This document shows positions 23,297-35,608 of a stretch of 64,000 bases of DNA, one piece after another (the stretch's first letter is position 1; each line of letters begins with the position of its first letter). The translations under genes were made by a program, and so were the position numbers. The DNA is taken from positions 1,302,001 through 1,366,000 of the forward strand of contig JBLDXI010000003.1 in the NCBI GenBank assembly GCA_047495785.1, in the 5' to 3' direction. The notes under the pieces were generated by a model that did no database searches, was not told where the DNA came from, and worked only from the letters and a program-made list of their open reading frames with translations. This stretch comes from Lepidodermella squamata. Taxonomy: Eukaryota; Animalia; Gastrotricha.

Positions 23297-24682
23297 TTAA
23301 TTCAGTAACGAAACGATGGCAATAAATACGAATGGTGTGAATTGGATTGGTGAATTTTTACTATTAGCCGAATTTTCGGACGTTGTCTTCGGTACCATCG
23401 GAGTGGTGCTCATAGCCTCTGTTGATGGAAGGGTCGAATATACAGTATTTGTCACGATTTTCGTAGTCTCCACTGACGTAGTCGTCACAGCAGACGATTC
23501 AGGGGCCGATGTAGTTGTTAGCAACTCATTCTTTAGTTCGAAAGCCAAGATCGTATTAAACACATCAAGGCCATAGAAACGCCCATTGAAGTACGCCCAG
23601 TTATCACCATATAATGTCTGCTTCTGATACAGCCCGATCATCTCACCCGAGTTCTTATCGAAAATAACGAAACCTTGAGAAACCGGCGAGAAGACGATAT
23701 CGTCCAAAACAATGATATTCCCAGAGAAATATTTTACAAAATCAGGAAGTTCCCATGTTGCCAATAGATTTCCGGAGTTTTCAATGTCGTAGACATACAT
23801 TTTTCGCCGGCATGTTCTGAAGACTTTCTTACCATCAGTCGCTAACTGCCGGGTGTACGCGCAGCTATCATCCTGAGCATCCTTCGTAATCCATTTCTCA
23901 TTTTGGCTTTCAACATCCAAAGATGTCAAATACAGCCCTGTTGCGAAAAAAGCTGAATCGCCATATATTACATTTAGTGGGTAAGATCTAGCTGGAAATG
24001 TGAAGTTCCATAGCTGACTCCCAAACTGGCTGTCATATTCGGCGAAAATCTGAGTTTTGTCAGAATTCGCAAAAATCCTTGAACCATCATTTGAAAGGCC
24101 GAGATAGAAAGCGCATTCATCAGGAGTGTAAGGGTTGAACTCAGTATAATCTTCACCAGAAGTTTTGAAGGCCCGTATTCGACCCCGGTCCAAATCGCAG
24201 GAGCTCGTTCCAAGGATTAGACCAAGTTTCGAACTCGATACAAGTGAACTGAGGCAAACATCAGTCCTCGACCAAAGAATTGCCGGCTTGTCATTGTTGA
24301 GTTGAATCGCGTACAAAATGTCATTATCGAAAGCAGTGTATAAAACTCCTGTATCTGGATCAATAACTGTTAAATGGCTTTGAGTAACATTGACACTAGA
24401 ATCAATTGAAAATTTGGTCAACAGTTGCCCAGAAGTTGCGTCTAATATGTAAAGAATCCCGTCAGAGCCAATATAGTATAAGTTGGATTGGAAAATCAGT
24501 GGCATCATGTCTGAGTCGGTATTGACAGCGTCGAGTTTGTAACTCCATGCCACTTGGATTGTTGTGAAGTCTCCGATTTTGTCGGATCGGTATCCAGTAT
24601 GCGAGAAATCGCCACCCTTAGCGATCCAGTACGGGCTGTTCGAAGAGAGGGAACATTCCACAAGAATGGAAATCAAAATCAC
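23297..24682 (-). CDS. PQQ/BamB-like beta-propeller protein 6 (S/T-rich stalk, GPI-like tail); 5' end unresolved
   Basis: YWIAKGGDFSHTGYR, LYILDATSGQL, FDKNSGE, hydrophobic tail. No in-frame ATG upstream of the signal region; a TTGCAG acceptor near 24686 suggests a small upstream exon, or there is a frameshift. Confidence 0.75.
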   Translation of the reverse strand: MILISILVECSLSSNSPYWIAKGGDFSHTGYRSDKIGDFTTIQVAWSYKLDAVNTDSDMMPLIFQSNLYYIGSDGILYILDATSGQLLTKFSIDSSVNVTQSHLTVIDPDTGVLYTAFDNDILYAIQLNNDKPAILWSRTDVCLSSLVSSSKLGLILGTSSCDLDRGRIRAFKTSGEDYTEFNPYTPDECAFYLGLSNDGSRIFANSDKTQIFAEYDSQFGSQLWNFTFPARSYPLNVIYGDSAFFATGLYLTSLDVESQNEKWITKDAQDDSCAYTRQLATDGKKVFRTCRRKMYVYDIENSGNLLATWELPDFVKYFSGNIIVLDDIVFSPVSQGFVIFDKNSGEMIGLYQKQTLYGDNWAYFNGRFYGLDVFNTILAFELKNELLTTTSAPESSAVTTTSVETTKIVTNTVYSTLPSTEAMSTTPMVPKTTSENSANSKNSPIQFTPFVFIAIVSLLN

Positions 24683-25059
24683 TTCTGCAAGGTAAACGTT
24701 CGCGACAAGTTTATCGGCATTGTTTTTCTGTCCGAATGATTACAAGTATGGCAGTAGTAGTTATCTTTGTCTTATGTGGGGCAGCTAGATAATTTTACCA
24801 AGATAACGTTGATTCTTTCTGACTCAGCTGCATATCAACGTCTTCCCGCTATTCAATCCGAAAAAAGTCAGGAGAATGTCATATTTACGATTCGAAGGCT
24901 TCCGCTTAGGACTCTTATGAGCTCAAAATACCTAAGACTCAAAAACTCTTGAAGAGAGGAGCTATTACACTTATTGACTGGACATGGCTTTTATTTGAAG
25001 AGTGCAGCTTTTAGATAATCTGATTGAGCAAAAACAACAGATTGTTCCAACCATTTTTG

Positions 25060-25248
25060 TTACTCCAATCGGGAAAGAAGAAACATCCATATTAGATCAG
25101 TGACCAGCATGATGTAGACCGGCGAAGCTAGGCCAGTTGGCGTTGCGAATTCTCGAAGTCCCAAGTCGCCGGAAAACTCCCAGGGATAGCTCGAGGCAAA
25201 TGCGGCTGACCAGAACAAAGAAAAGAGGATCAGACTTGAGGTTTTCAT
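25060..25248 (-). CDS. Putative small secreted or anchored peptide (62 aa)
   Basis: Typical signal peptide MKTSSLILFSLFWSAAFA and a hydrophobic C-terminus; no recognisable family. Confidence 0.35.
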   Translation of the reverse strand: MKTSSLILFSLFWSAAFASSYPWEFSGDLGLREFATPTGLASPVYIMLVTDLIWMFLLSRLE

Positions 25249-25633
25249 GTTTTCAAATAATATAGTTTGTCTCTCTAGCGTGTGCCTTTTCGTTCTACGC
25301 GTCTATCAATATGAACTTTGGACCAATTAATCTGTTTACTTGCCTTTTTTGAGATATCGTCTTATCACGTCTTATCACCAAAGTCCAAACGACATGAAGC
25401 AAGGCAGAATCTGATCGTCAGACTTCTAGGTATCTCAATAAAGATATTCTGACCACGGTCTTGCAAATTAGCGGCTAGCTTTAAAGTACAATATAGCAAT
25501 CAATTTAAGTAATCGTACTTTTGTCGGGAAAACATGAAACATCCAAAAATCAGCCCAATGTTACTCAATGGCAAATTATAACATTTATTTCAGGTTTATT
25601 GTGGTTTATTCAGGTTCCAAAACTTTAGTTTAT

Positions 25634-26832
25634 TCAGTAGTGACCATGGTGTGTCAACTGATAGAAAATTGCGAGATGTATAATCGACAGTGCTCCGAGA
25701 AAAATCGCGAAAGCGTATTTGTCCACATTATGAAAGTCGTTGTACCTCCGCCGATAGAAAGCCAGCATATCGTGATCAAAGCCGTCCTTCGCTGAAACCG
25801 GCCTTTCGACAATATGCCGCAGAAACCAGTAGTAGCAGCAGGTAAACGCCGAGTAAATTGTCACTACAACCCCAAAAATCAATAGAGCTGCTGAATAAAC
25901 GATTATTAGAATGTTCTCAGACGCCTCGGGGATGATTTTATGAATTCCCTCCTGGAATATTTCCATCGCCAAAACAACAGTTAGGGCGTAGACGGGTCGT
26001 TCGGGATGCTCTATAGGCAGCAGAACGCTAAAAGCTTGAACCACTGATATGCAGATGCTAGGCGCCATGATGGAATACCCGAATGGCTCATAGATCCTAT
26101 TTAGGCGGATCTGGAAGGTAGCGCTAGAGACACATACATTATCCCTGTAGGTTTTGGACAGCGTGTTGTCTTCACAGAAAGCAGAAACTTGAGAGTCGAG
26201 GCCGGTAACTCGCCATATCAATGTAGGGGTTGTTAGTTCTTCATCCTGAGGCAATGTGATAGTAGCGCTTGTGAAATTGAAGTTTCGGAGGGATTGCCAA
26301 CTTTCGAAGGTCAACTCACAAACTTGGTCGTCGAATGGGAAGTTCTGATGATCTTCAAGAGGACGAAATAGCAACTTTCAAGAATTTGATTGAAAAACGT
26401 ACGTAAGGAACACCGTGATATCCATCTGCCCCCAGCGGTAATCTCCACAGTTCCATCCTCGAAAGCAACTGGCTTCATTATTTCGGCATTGCGTTCCACT
26501 GCATGCCAAGTCACATCAGAATTGCGGTGTAAGACGTAAGGCCATGTGTCACCTAGCAGCTCCCGGTCGACGTAAAGCATTCCAGTTTTGTTCGCCTTTT
26601 TCGGCCTCTGTTCGACGGCCTTCGACCAAATGCAAGGGTCGTAGTAGCGAAGAATCAAGACTCCCTCGACGGAAAATGACTCGTGATGCTCGTTAACATT
26701 GACCAACTCCCGAATTTGAAACCTTACGTCGACATCAATTGATGAAGTTCTATCGCCATGATTCGTACAGTAATCGGATGATGATAGGCTCGGTCGTAAA
26801 AGAGTTATAAAAATTACAATTTTAAGATACAT
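25634..26832 (-). CDS. Cys-loop ligand-gated ion channel subunit A; exons 26832-26403, 26352-25634 (382 aa)
   Basis: Splicing the 50-nt intron restores Cys-loop CSLHHQNFPFDDQVC (C-x13-C); signal peptide, four TM helices. Confidence 0.88.
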
Positions 26833-26885
26833 TTTTTCCTAAGATGAGTTTCATTAAATGCAACAGCGACTGAATCATAAATAAT

Positions 26886-28255
26886 TTACGACGTCATTGA
26901 AACATAAATTGCGATGTGAATTACTATCAGGAGTATTACAAATACAGCAAAAGCGATATAATCGACATATTTGCACAGAGCTAATTGCTTGTGGTACTTG
27001 GTACGGTCGAAATCGTCAATGCCATTCTCCTTCACATTTGTCGGCAGTTCGATTAAATGTTGCAGGTGCCAGACGTAGCCGCAAGAGGCCGCCGAGTAGA
27101 GGGTAATCAATGCTCCGAAAATTATTACGGCGCTCGTGTATAAAATCACAAGAATCGTCTCAGCAACTGCCGGGATAACCTGTTGCACCGTGCCTTGGAA
27201 AATCGCCATGGCCAGTAAGATAGTAACAGAGTAAATAGGCCGTTCTGGGAAGTGGCTAGGGATTAAAATTGACGTAACTTGAACAACAGCGAGGCTAATG
27301 CATGGTATGAAAATCGAGAATACGTAAGGTGCGGACTTTCGTGAGAATGCGACGTAGTAGTGTAAGCGAGTCGCACACATCACCCGATTAATTTTGCCCA
27401 TGTAGAAGCAGTTTTTGTCGATATCTGCGTACATATCTTCGACGACCCATATCATGGCTGGTGTGGTCAGTTCGGCGCCGAGGTGTTTCACGAAAACAGC
27501 AGATGTGAAATTGAAGTTGTCTTCAGATTCCCATAATTCAAAATCAAACGCGCAGACTTGTGAGTCGAATGGGAATTTACGGTGGCCTGAGAAAACACAA
27601 AACGAGATTCCTTATAGGGGTATAATTCTAGCAAGGTTGAATTCAGTGTTCCAGGTCGAGCATGGTACCTCCTACGCTCAAGGATTCTACTTTACACACG
27701 GGTTCGACTTCATTTCATCTTCTTGGGCGGGCCTTGAAATTTGATCTTGGGATTAGGAGGAATAAAACACTCACTTAACGGGCAGCGAGACGTCCACCTT
27801 CCGCCTGAGTTGACTTCCACTGTTCCATCGGCGAATGCCTTAGGAGGGATCCTTTCAATGTTCTCGTCAATCGCTCGCCAGGTGACGTCGCTATTCATGT
27901 GCAAAATCACCGGCCAAGTGTCCTTCAGGTAATCCTTATCGATGTACAAGTACCCGGTGCTATTCGCCTTGTTAGGACGGACCTTTCGCACCCGTGACCA
28001 GATGCATGGATCAGACCATTGCATTGTGAAAATCCCTTCGATCGTCACTGTTTCTTTAACGTCGTCGACATTGATGAAGTTTGTCATGAAAAAAGTGGCT
28101 GAAATATTGATGGTATTAGGGCGGTCGATGTGATCCGTGCATGATATTGACTCGTCCAAGTTAACTGTCGAATCGAATAATACCGCGTCGCAATGATGTC
28201 TTTGAAGACCGATGAAGGTTAGAAAAAGTATCAGTTTTGCGAACACAGACATCAT
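26886..28255 (-). CDS. Cys-loop ligand-gated ion channel subunit B; exons 28255-27775, 27586-26886 (393 aa)
   Basis: Cys-loop CPLSHRKFPFDSQVC after splicing; pre-M1 FSRK, M1-M2 linker PSHFPER, M4 YVDYIAF. Confidence 0.9.
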
Positions 28256-29292
28256 GGCAAAAAGTGAACATTACCAATCAGATGGCTTTTGTCGAAGGAT
28301 AAATATGATTTGTTCAGAATAGCAATCAAGACAGATTAATTTTTTACGATGCGCCCACTCTTGTTAAAATTTTATAAACCCTGTGCTTGACGTAGTTTAT
28401 TGTGAGGCAATTTGCAAATGCGGCTTTGTAGAATATGTAAATTCTATCAGTTTGAACCTCCATGCTTCGAGTTTGCTAGGGAATTCGCTAAGCATTGATC
28501 CAATTAACCAGGGCATTGAAAAACGCTTAACAAATAGTCGATATATCACATTTGAAAATCTGTGTAAAAGCGAGCACTCTCGTCTTGTGACTTGTTTTAC
28601 GTCCCACGTGAGACTGCGGCACGGGTCGCATGGACCGTCTGATTTGACGCAATTCATAATTTCAATTATTTAACGCAACATGATCGTGATGACTGCAAGG
28701 TGATTACGCGCACTATATATTTTCGGTGACAGGTGCGCACGCGAAAAAATTGGTGCAGGGTGCACGGATTCATTTCATTTCGTTTGCTTCATTTCGTTTG
28801 TTTCATAAGTCGGTAACGCAGCATCATTCTCATAGAAATTAAATATCAATCTAACGTAGACAACGAAGTGAGGCCAGTTGTCCCTATCAGTTCTCCAAAC
28901 TCCTGAGGGCCAGAGTTAAACGTCAGAGTAGTAACTCTGAAAATTTCACCGAAATAAAACCTCAATATCCATTATCGCCAAACTTTTCTTGATCAATACC
29001 CTTCTTTGTTCCGTAAGCCCGAAACGTGAAACCAGGACTTTTTTCAAAATTGTCGAACAGGATCACCTTCTGTGTTCTATATCTTCGGAAAACATCCATT
29101 TGGCAAGATCCTATGCCCTATGCTCGAATGGTTCATAAACGTCGAAATCGCAAGGGTAGCAGCAAGCGGAGGAGGATTATTCAGTAGAATAAAACAATGA
29201 AAACTTGTATTTCTAAAAAATTCCTCCCAATATGAAAACGTCTCGGATTTGAGGATTTGCGGATGAATCAGAAATAATTCAATGACCACTCT

Positions 29293-30600
29293 TCAAGACG
29301 TCATTGAGACAAATATCGCAACGTGGATAGCTATCAAGAGTATTACGAACACGGTAAAAGCAATGTAGTCAACATATTTGCACAGAGCTAATTGCTGGCG
29401 GTACTTGTTCCGATCGTAATCGTCAACACCGTGCTCCTTGACATTCGTCGGCTGATCGATCAAGTGCTGCAGGTGCCAAACGTAGCCGCAAGACGCTGCC
29501 GAGTACAGAGTAATCAGCGCTCCGAAAATTATGACGGAGGTTGTGTAAAGTATGACGAGAATCGTCTCAGCTACTGCCGGAATTACTTGCTGAACTGTGC
29601 CTTGGAAAATCGCTAGAGCCAATAAAATTGTCACCGAATAAATAGGCCGTTCTGGGAAGTGGCTTGGGATCAGAATTGACGTGACTTGAACAACGGCTAA
29701 GCAAACGCATGGGACGAATATTGAGAACACGTATGGCGCTGATTTTCGCGAGAATACGACGTAGTAATGCGCCCGAGTTGCGCACATCACTCGGTTGATT
29801 TTACCCATGTAGAAGCAATTTTTGTCGATTTTTGCGTACATATCATTGACGACCCAAATCATTGTCGGCGTCGTGAGATCGGCGCCCAGATGCTTTACGA
29901 ATACAGCGGAAGTGAAATTGAAGTTGTCCTCAGATTCCCAATGTTCGAAGTCAAACACGCAGACCTGAGTGTCGAATGGAAAATTTCGATGGCCTAAGAA
30001 AAATTGAGGATAATGTCTATTAGAAAAGCTTGGTTTTATTTCAATCTGGTTACAAAGCTATAGAAGAAACTTATGACGTAAGGAATAGATGTTATCTTAG
30101 GGTTGAGGATTAGGGTTAGATTCAGGATAGAACTCACTTAGAGGACATCGAGATGTCCATCTGCCCCCTGAGTTGACTTCCACTGTTCCATCTGCGAAGG
30201 CCTTCGGGGGAATCCTATCGATGTTGTTATCAATCGCTCGCCAGCTGACGTCACTGTTCCGATGCATAATCACCGGCCACGTGTCCTTCAAATAATCCTT
30301 ATCTATGTACAAGTACCCAGTATTGTCCGCCTTGTTAGGGCGAACTTTCCTAACTCGAACCCAGATGCATGGATCGTACCATTGCATTGTAAGGATACCT
30401 TCGATAGACACTGTTTCTTTCACGTCGTCGACATTTATGAATTTGGTCATGAAGAATGACGCTGATATGTTGATAGTATTAACTCGATCGATGTGATCAG
30501 CACATGATATCGCTTCGTCCAAGTTAACAGTCGAATTGAAGAAAGCTGCGTGGCAATTCTTAAGCAGAGCGAAATAGACGATGAACAGTCTCAGTTTCAT
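29293..30600 (-). CDS. Cys-loop ligand-gated ion channel subunit C; exons 30600-30138, 29993-29293 (387 aa)
   Basis: Cys-loop CPLSHRNFPFDTQVC; close paralog of subunit B with the same intron position. Confidence 0.9.
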
Positions 30601-30949
30601 TCTCCCGGATTTGATAAAATAGAACTCATGAGCTTTATAATGACTAAATGTCGACGAAAACGCTGTTCGCTCGGTATACGATCCGAGAATTAAGACTCAT
30701 TAAATTTTCATGACATCAGCTTCGATCGATTAACATTTGCGAGTAGTTGAGATGCTCTTACCTGCTCGTAGTAATATGTTGAAAAACGAATGGACCCTTC
30801 ACTTGAGAATTACCACTTGTCTCAGAGGAGGCCATAAAATTTGAATGAATTGAGAATAGGCTTAGCGACATTAACACTATGGGAACAAAACTGGAAAGAT
30901 TTTCGCATCGATCGAGTTTTTTGGCATTTTTCAACCGAATAACCATCTG

Positions 30950-31899
30950 TCAATTGAGTTTTGAATCCTCAGCCTGGTCAGCAATCCTTTCTAACTTCGA
31001 TACCTCGAATGTAAGGCTACAGGATTCATTAATATTGCCAATGGTGCTGTTGTTCTAATTTTACTGTTTTTTTTGAAAGTTTGCCACAAACCGCCGACAA
31101 AAAAGCGTGAAGCTGATTCATGTGTGTATGAAACGTTTTTATTCAGTAATCGTGGGGCTGAATAATTTCAGCATTCTAGCTATTTACGAATCGTCACGCT
31201 TTTCTGCTGATAAATAGCCATGGAGAATGCATCAATTTCAAGCAACTCGAATCTTTAAATATTTTTCGAAATAATCTCTTACAGCAAACATGATCAAGGC
31301 AGCTATTCTCTCCATCATTGTTGTCATTGTAATGTTGGACGAACCGGTAGCTGGTCAAGCTGTTCAAGTAGCTGCTCAAGTAGCTCAGGCCTTGTGGCCG
31401 AAAATAGCCGTTTATCTAACTGGCCGCGAGCGCTGGGGCTGCGACGAGCCACGGTCGCACTCCGAAGACCGCTACGCCTACTACATCATGACCTGCGAAG
31501 ACATTTATCCGCTTGTCGGGCCGAAAAACAAGAGAGTCAAAGCGCGAGTTGCGATAACCGATAACGCTGGCGTAGAACGAGAGGACGCCTTCGAAGTCAG
31601 CAACCGCTCGTGGAAACGCATTTGGCCCGCCGTTGATGAACGACTTGACAATTTTATCCGCGTTCACACAGGACTAACACGGGTCCGCGTTTGAATTCGC
31701 ATTAATTCTGGACAAACAAACTGAAACTGACAAATACATCCGGTTTCCTCTTATTTCATCCAAGGTTCCTTTTCATAGCCTGCCATTCTTTGAAGCAAAA
31801 TTAAGCGAAGACAACAATAAAAATAACATGATTGAAAGTATTATGCATGTTTCATTGGATGGAATCATTATTTCTATTTTTTAGCTCATCCAGCTAGTT
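30950..31899 (+). repeat. Segmental duplication unit (left copy) carrying the ALF-like gene
   Basis: Near-identical direct repeat of 40521-41457; most of it is an inverted copy of about 14589-15417. Confidence 0.92.
31290..31694 (+). CDS. Secreted 134-aa ALF-like protein, copy 2
   Basis: Differs from copy 1 at 3 residues. Confidence 0.75.
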   Translation: MIKAAILSIIVVIVMLDEPVAGQAVQVAAQVAQALWPKIAVYLTGRERWGCDEPRSHSEDRYAYYIMTCEDIYPLVGPKNKRVKARVAITDNAGVEREDAFEVSNRSWKRIWPAVDERLDNFIRVHTGLTRVRV

Positions 31900-32831
31900 T
31901 TGTCTCAAACGGGGTGACATTCAGTCTCTCGGGGAAATCGAACCACTGGATCGATTTTTGATTTCTTGGTATCGTTGGATAGCCAAAGTCCTGTTCTACA
32001 TAACTGGTTACTCGCCGCATGCGGAAAATCTGATTTCAAGCAATTTTTAGACTATCCCCAGCTGATAATTCAGCTATAAATTAAATACAGTTTAACCTCG
32101 ATTCGCTCGCACATATTAGGGTTGCCTTCTCACTTGCGCATTTTTTTGGTATTTTTCTGTGATTTAACATTGTTTTGACGAATCATTATACCATTTTTAT
32201 CCAAATTATTAAAAAATGTTATAGACGAGTTTTTGTAATTTTCGCGCCAAAGCTACGAGGCTTCCCTGCGCTTACAAGATTCGGGAAACATTTCTAACAA
32301 AACCGTGCCATTTTTCTCTACACATACCTTACTTAACTTAACTTATAACCTACCACGCGGCATTGCATTCTTACGAACATTATGATACCCACCGTATTTG
32401 CCGTGTTTGCCGTATTTGGCTCAGCCTGCAATGGCGCCCACGGGTTGGAAACTTCAATCCTATTGAATGCCGTAAAATAGTGGCCTTTCCCACATTACTT
32501 GTGGTCTCTGATGCAGCACGAGCCAACGCCTAAATGTCCATAAAATTTTTGTTACACCAAAACTGATTAATTCAGATAGAAATTGTATAGATTTAGGATA
32601 AAGCCCTGAGAATTGCTGAAAATTGTTCAAGTGACACAAATTCAATGCGTAAGTGACAAATGCGCAAGTGAGTAAGGTTGCTCAAAAATCGTCTGAAATC
32701 AGCTGGGCAGCAGAGTGATTTCGACGACCACTTTCGTCTTAACGGTGATAGATAGAGATAGCGGGCGATAATAGTGACAGCGGGTTTCAAAATCGTGTTT
32801 CAAAAGGGCCTTTGAAAACTGCTGGCAAATA

Positions 32832-35608
32832 CAGGGTGTTTCATAAAAAACCGAACTCCTATAAAAATGTACTGCTGCTGCGCGTTATCGATTTTTTGCA
32901 CTAGCGCATTTTTTTCTCCAAAAATGCACCAAAACCGCACGGTCACCGCAAATTTTTCGCATTTCTCCGAGAGAAAGCCATGCGGTAGCGGCAACCAAAA
33001 TAGCGGTGTTTCAGGCTCATTTTCTGTTATAGTGTGAGTTTTACACGGTGAAATCAAAATTCCTCCGGTGAATTTGTAAATTTTTTTCACGATCTACATT
33101 TTCATCTAAGGTTTATACGAAAATTCGTTTGTGACATTTCGTTAGGAGCTTCTCTGTTACCAACAATTCAATTTTTGTATCAAAATCAGCTGATAAACTG
33201 CCATTTTTATTGATCTGATGGCCCCTATCAAACACACCGCGACGAAGTCTGAAATCTGACCGTTCGCACTGGGAAGCAGACTGAAGCCTGTCCGCCCCGG
33301 GGTCTGCCCGGATTACGCTAAATTGAATTCTAACGAATACCGCAAGAGTGGACAGAGTGGACGCAGACAAGGGCAGTGTCAACCCGAGTGCGGCGGAGAG
33401 AAAAATAGGTAGGTCAGTGTATTTTTGTGCACGTCTAACTCCGCCGGGCTCGGCATGGTACCCGAGCGAAAAGAGCGATGGTATTATTGTTGAGGTCCAC
33501 GCCAGATTTAGGGGTTCCACACTAGGACAGTCCAAGTACGGCGAGAACCCAACGTTTTCGCCGTGCTCGGGTTGACACCTCGACTGGCACGTGTGCAGTT
33601 TTTCCTAAATCATTGAGCACGACATCGCGAGCTTTGCCATCGTAATAAGCTCTAACGGTGTCAAGAAAATACCGTAATTGGCATACCTCTTGAGGGGCGC
33701 CCAGCGCATACATCACCCTGAACAAGTCTAATAGTGTAAATGGAGTCGTTAAACATTAAAGCAAGGGCTATGTAGAGATGCTGCGCGGCTCGCTTATTGA
33801 CACCACGCAGCGTTGTCGTGCTTCTCCGGCCTGTTCACCAAAAGGCATGCCATTGTAAGACCAAGAATCATGAGCCGTTGCATGTTTGGACGAGATTCTG
33901 AAAAATGCACCCCCAGATCGAAACGAGGAAATTATATCCCGAAAAAAGGGATTTGCAGAAGTATCAACCACCGATGTAGCGCCAAAAAATGCCAATTAAA
34001 GACCAAACAAGCGATGAGGCATAAGGCATTTATTTACAGCACATTGGCCAAATGTTTTGCCGGAATGGTTTCTATGCGCACGGTTTTACTGTGAGAATGG
34101 GGGACGCGCACATCTTATACATATGATAAGCAATAGGCGAATGCACTAAGGCAACTAAAGCAATCGAATTCATTGAGAAAATGACAAACGAGCATTTTCT
34201 TTAATAAGCACAATAGCAGCACATCGCGTTGCCGTCGGTCAGTCGTGTCAAATTTTCGGCCGATCACTCGCGCGTCTCATCGGCGAATTATTCCGGCGCA
34301 AATGCCCAGTGCATGCGAATCCGCACGGAGAGACATACATAAATTGCTCTCTTTGCGATATGGTTTTGGCAGTTATCCGTATTCACGATATAAAATGAAA
34401 TTGTCCGCAGGGTTTCTCAATTTTTGTGCTTGCAGTTTTTTGTTTGAGCGGAGGGTTTTCTACAAGTAGGCCCACCCCAAGGATTATTACACGGATTATT
34501 TACCACAGGTAACTGACGTATAACCCATTGATCGCTAATAACACGGCGTCCATGCATGACATCCGCCGTTCTGAATACTGGATATTGAGTCATGGAAGAA
34601 TGTCACTCGAGCTAAGCTGATTTGTGTCAAATCTACCAAGCCTTTACCAAGCACTGAAGGGTATGGGCAGTAGCGGCATCCTGTTCTTCCCCCCTTCCGG
34701 TTTCCCGATTGTTTTGGCCATGATGCTTCAAAGCTTGTAGCCGCGCCTTCTTAGAGAGATATCCTGGGTTCGATCCCCCGATTTTTGATCAGCCAGACTG
34801 GGTACGTCACTTTATAATACGAGATATGGATGCATTGCCGCAATTGCACGTTCAAGTTAGCGATTGTTCGCGTCAAAGTTCCACGGTGACTTTTCCACGC
34901 CGCATGCGGTAGCGAGACTAGTAAGATCAGTCGACAGCCAATAAAGAGTGAAGCGGGTTTGGACGGAGTTTACAAGTTATTTCAAAAGAGAAATTAGAGA
35001 AAATCAATATGCCGCCGTTACCTTCATTTATTTCCTATTCGAACATTTCACCGTCGTTTTACCGGTGATCTACTTTCAGTTTGCCTCAAAAGTCCAAAAA
35101 ACCTAAGAAACCCCACACTCCCAGGTTAAACGCTACGAGGGAAAAGCAGGTAACGTTATTTTTCCACGGTGAAACTTATTCAATTTCCTATTGGAACAGT
35201 TGCTCAAATTTGCAGAACTTTTCACCGTCGTTTCACCGTTGATCTGCTCGCAGTTTACCTTAAAACTGCCAGATATATAGGAAAACGCACACTTAAACCC
35301 ACTCCAAAGCGAAAAGGAAGAATGCGCGGCAATAATTTTGACGGCATTGTTAATCTTTATCCTCGAGGATAATTTAGGCTAAATATCACAGAAATTGACC
35401 GCAGGTTAACCGTGAATTCACCGTAAACACACCGTGAGATGCCACGTTTTCACCGTAGAAATGCCGCATTCTTGCCGCTTTTTTCCTCCCCGCGACACAG
35501 CAAAAATAACATGGCGCATGAAAAATCGATAACGGCGGTACTTTTCCTATATTATATATGCATGCTAATATAAGGCTCATCTCGTACGATTTTTTATGAA
35601 ACACCCTG
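32832..35608. mobile_element. Non-autonomous Tc1/mariner-superfamily element, about 2.8 kb
   Basis: TA|CAGGGTGTTTCATAAAAAACCG ... CGATTTTTTATGAAACACCCTG|TA; no transposase ORF recognised inside. Confidence 0.8.

Noticed and set aside
1981-24682. Calling the propellers PQQ-dependent dehydrogenases
   Set aside because: Domains are only about 360 aa, and I see no quinoprotein active-site features such as the vicinal Cys pair; only the fold-level repeat is supported.
34755-34790. tRNA-like GGTTCGATCCC (T-loop/B-box)
   Set aside because: No convincing cloverleaf or A-box; at most a SINE remnant inside a TE.
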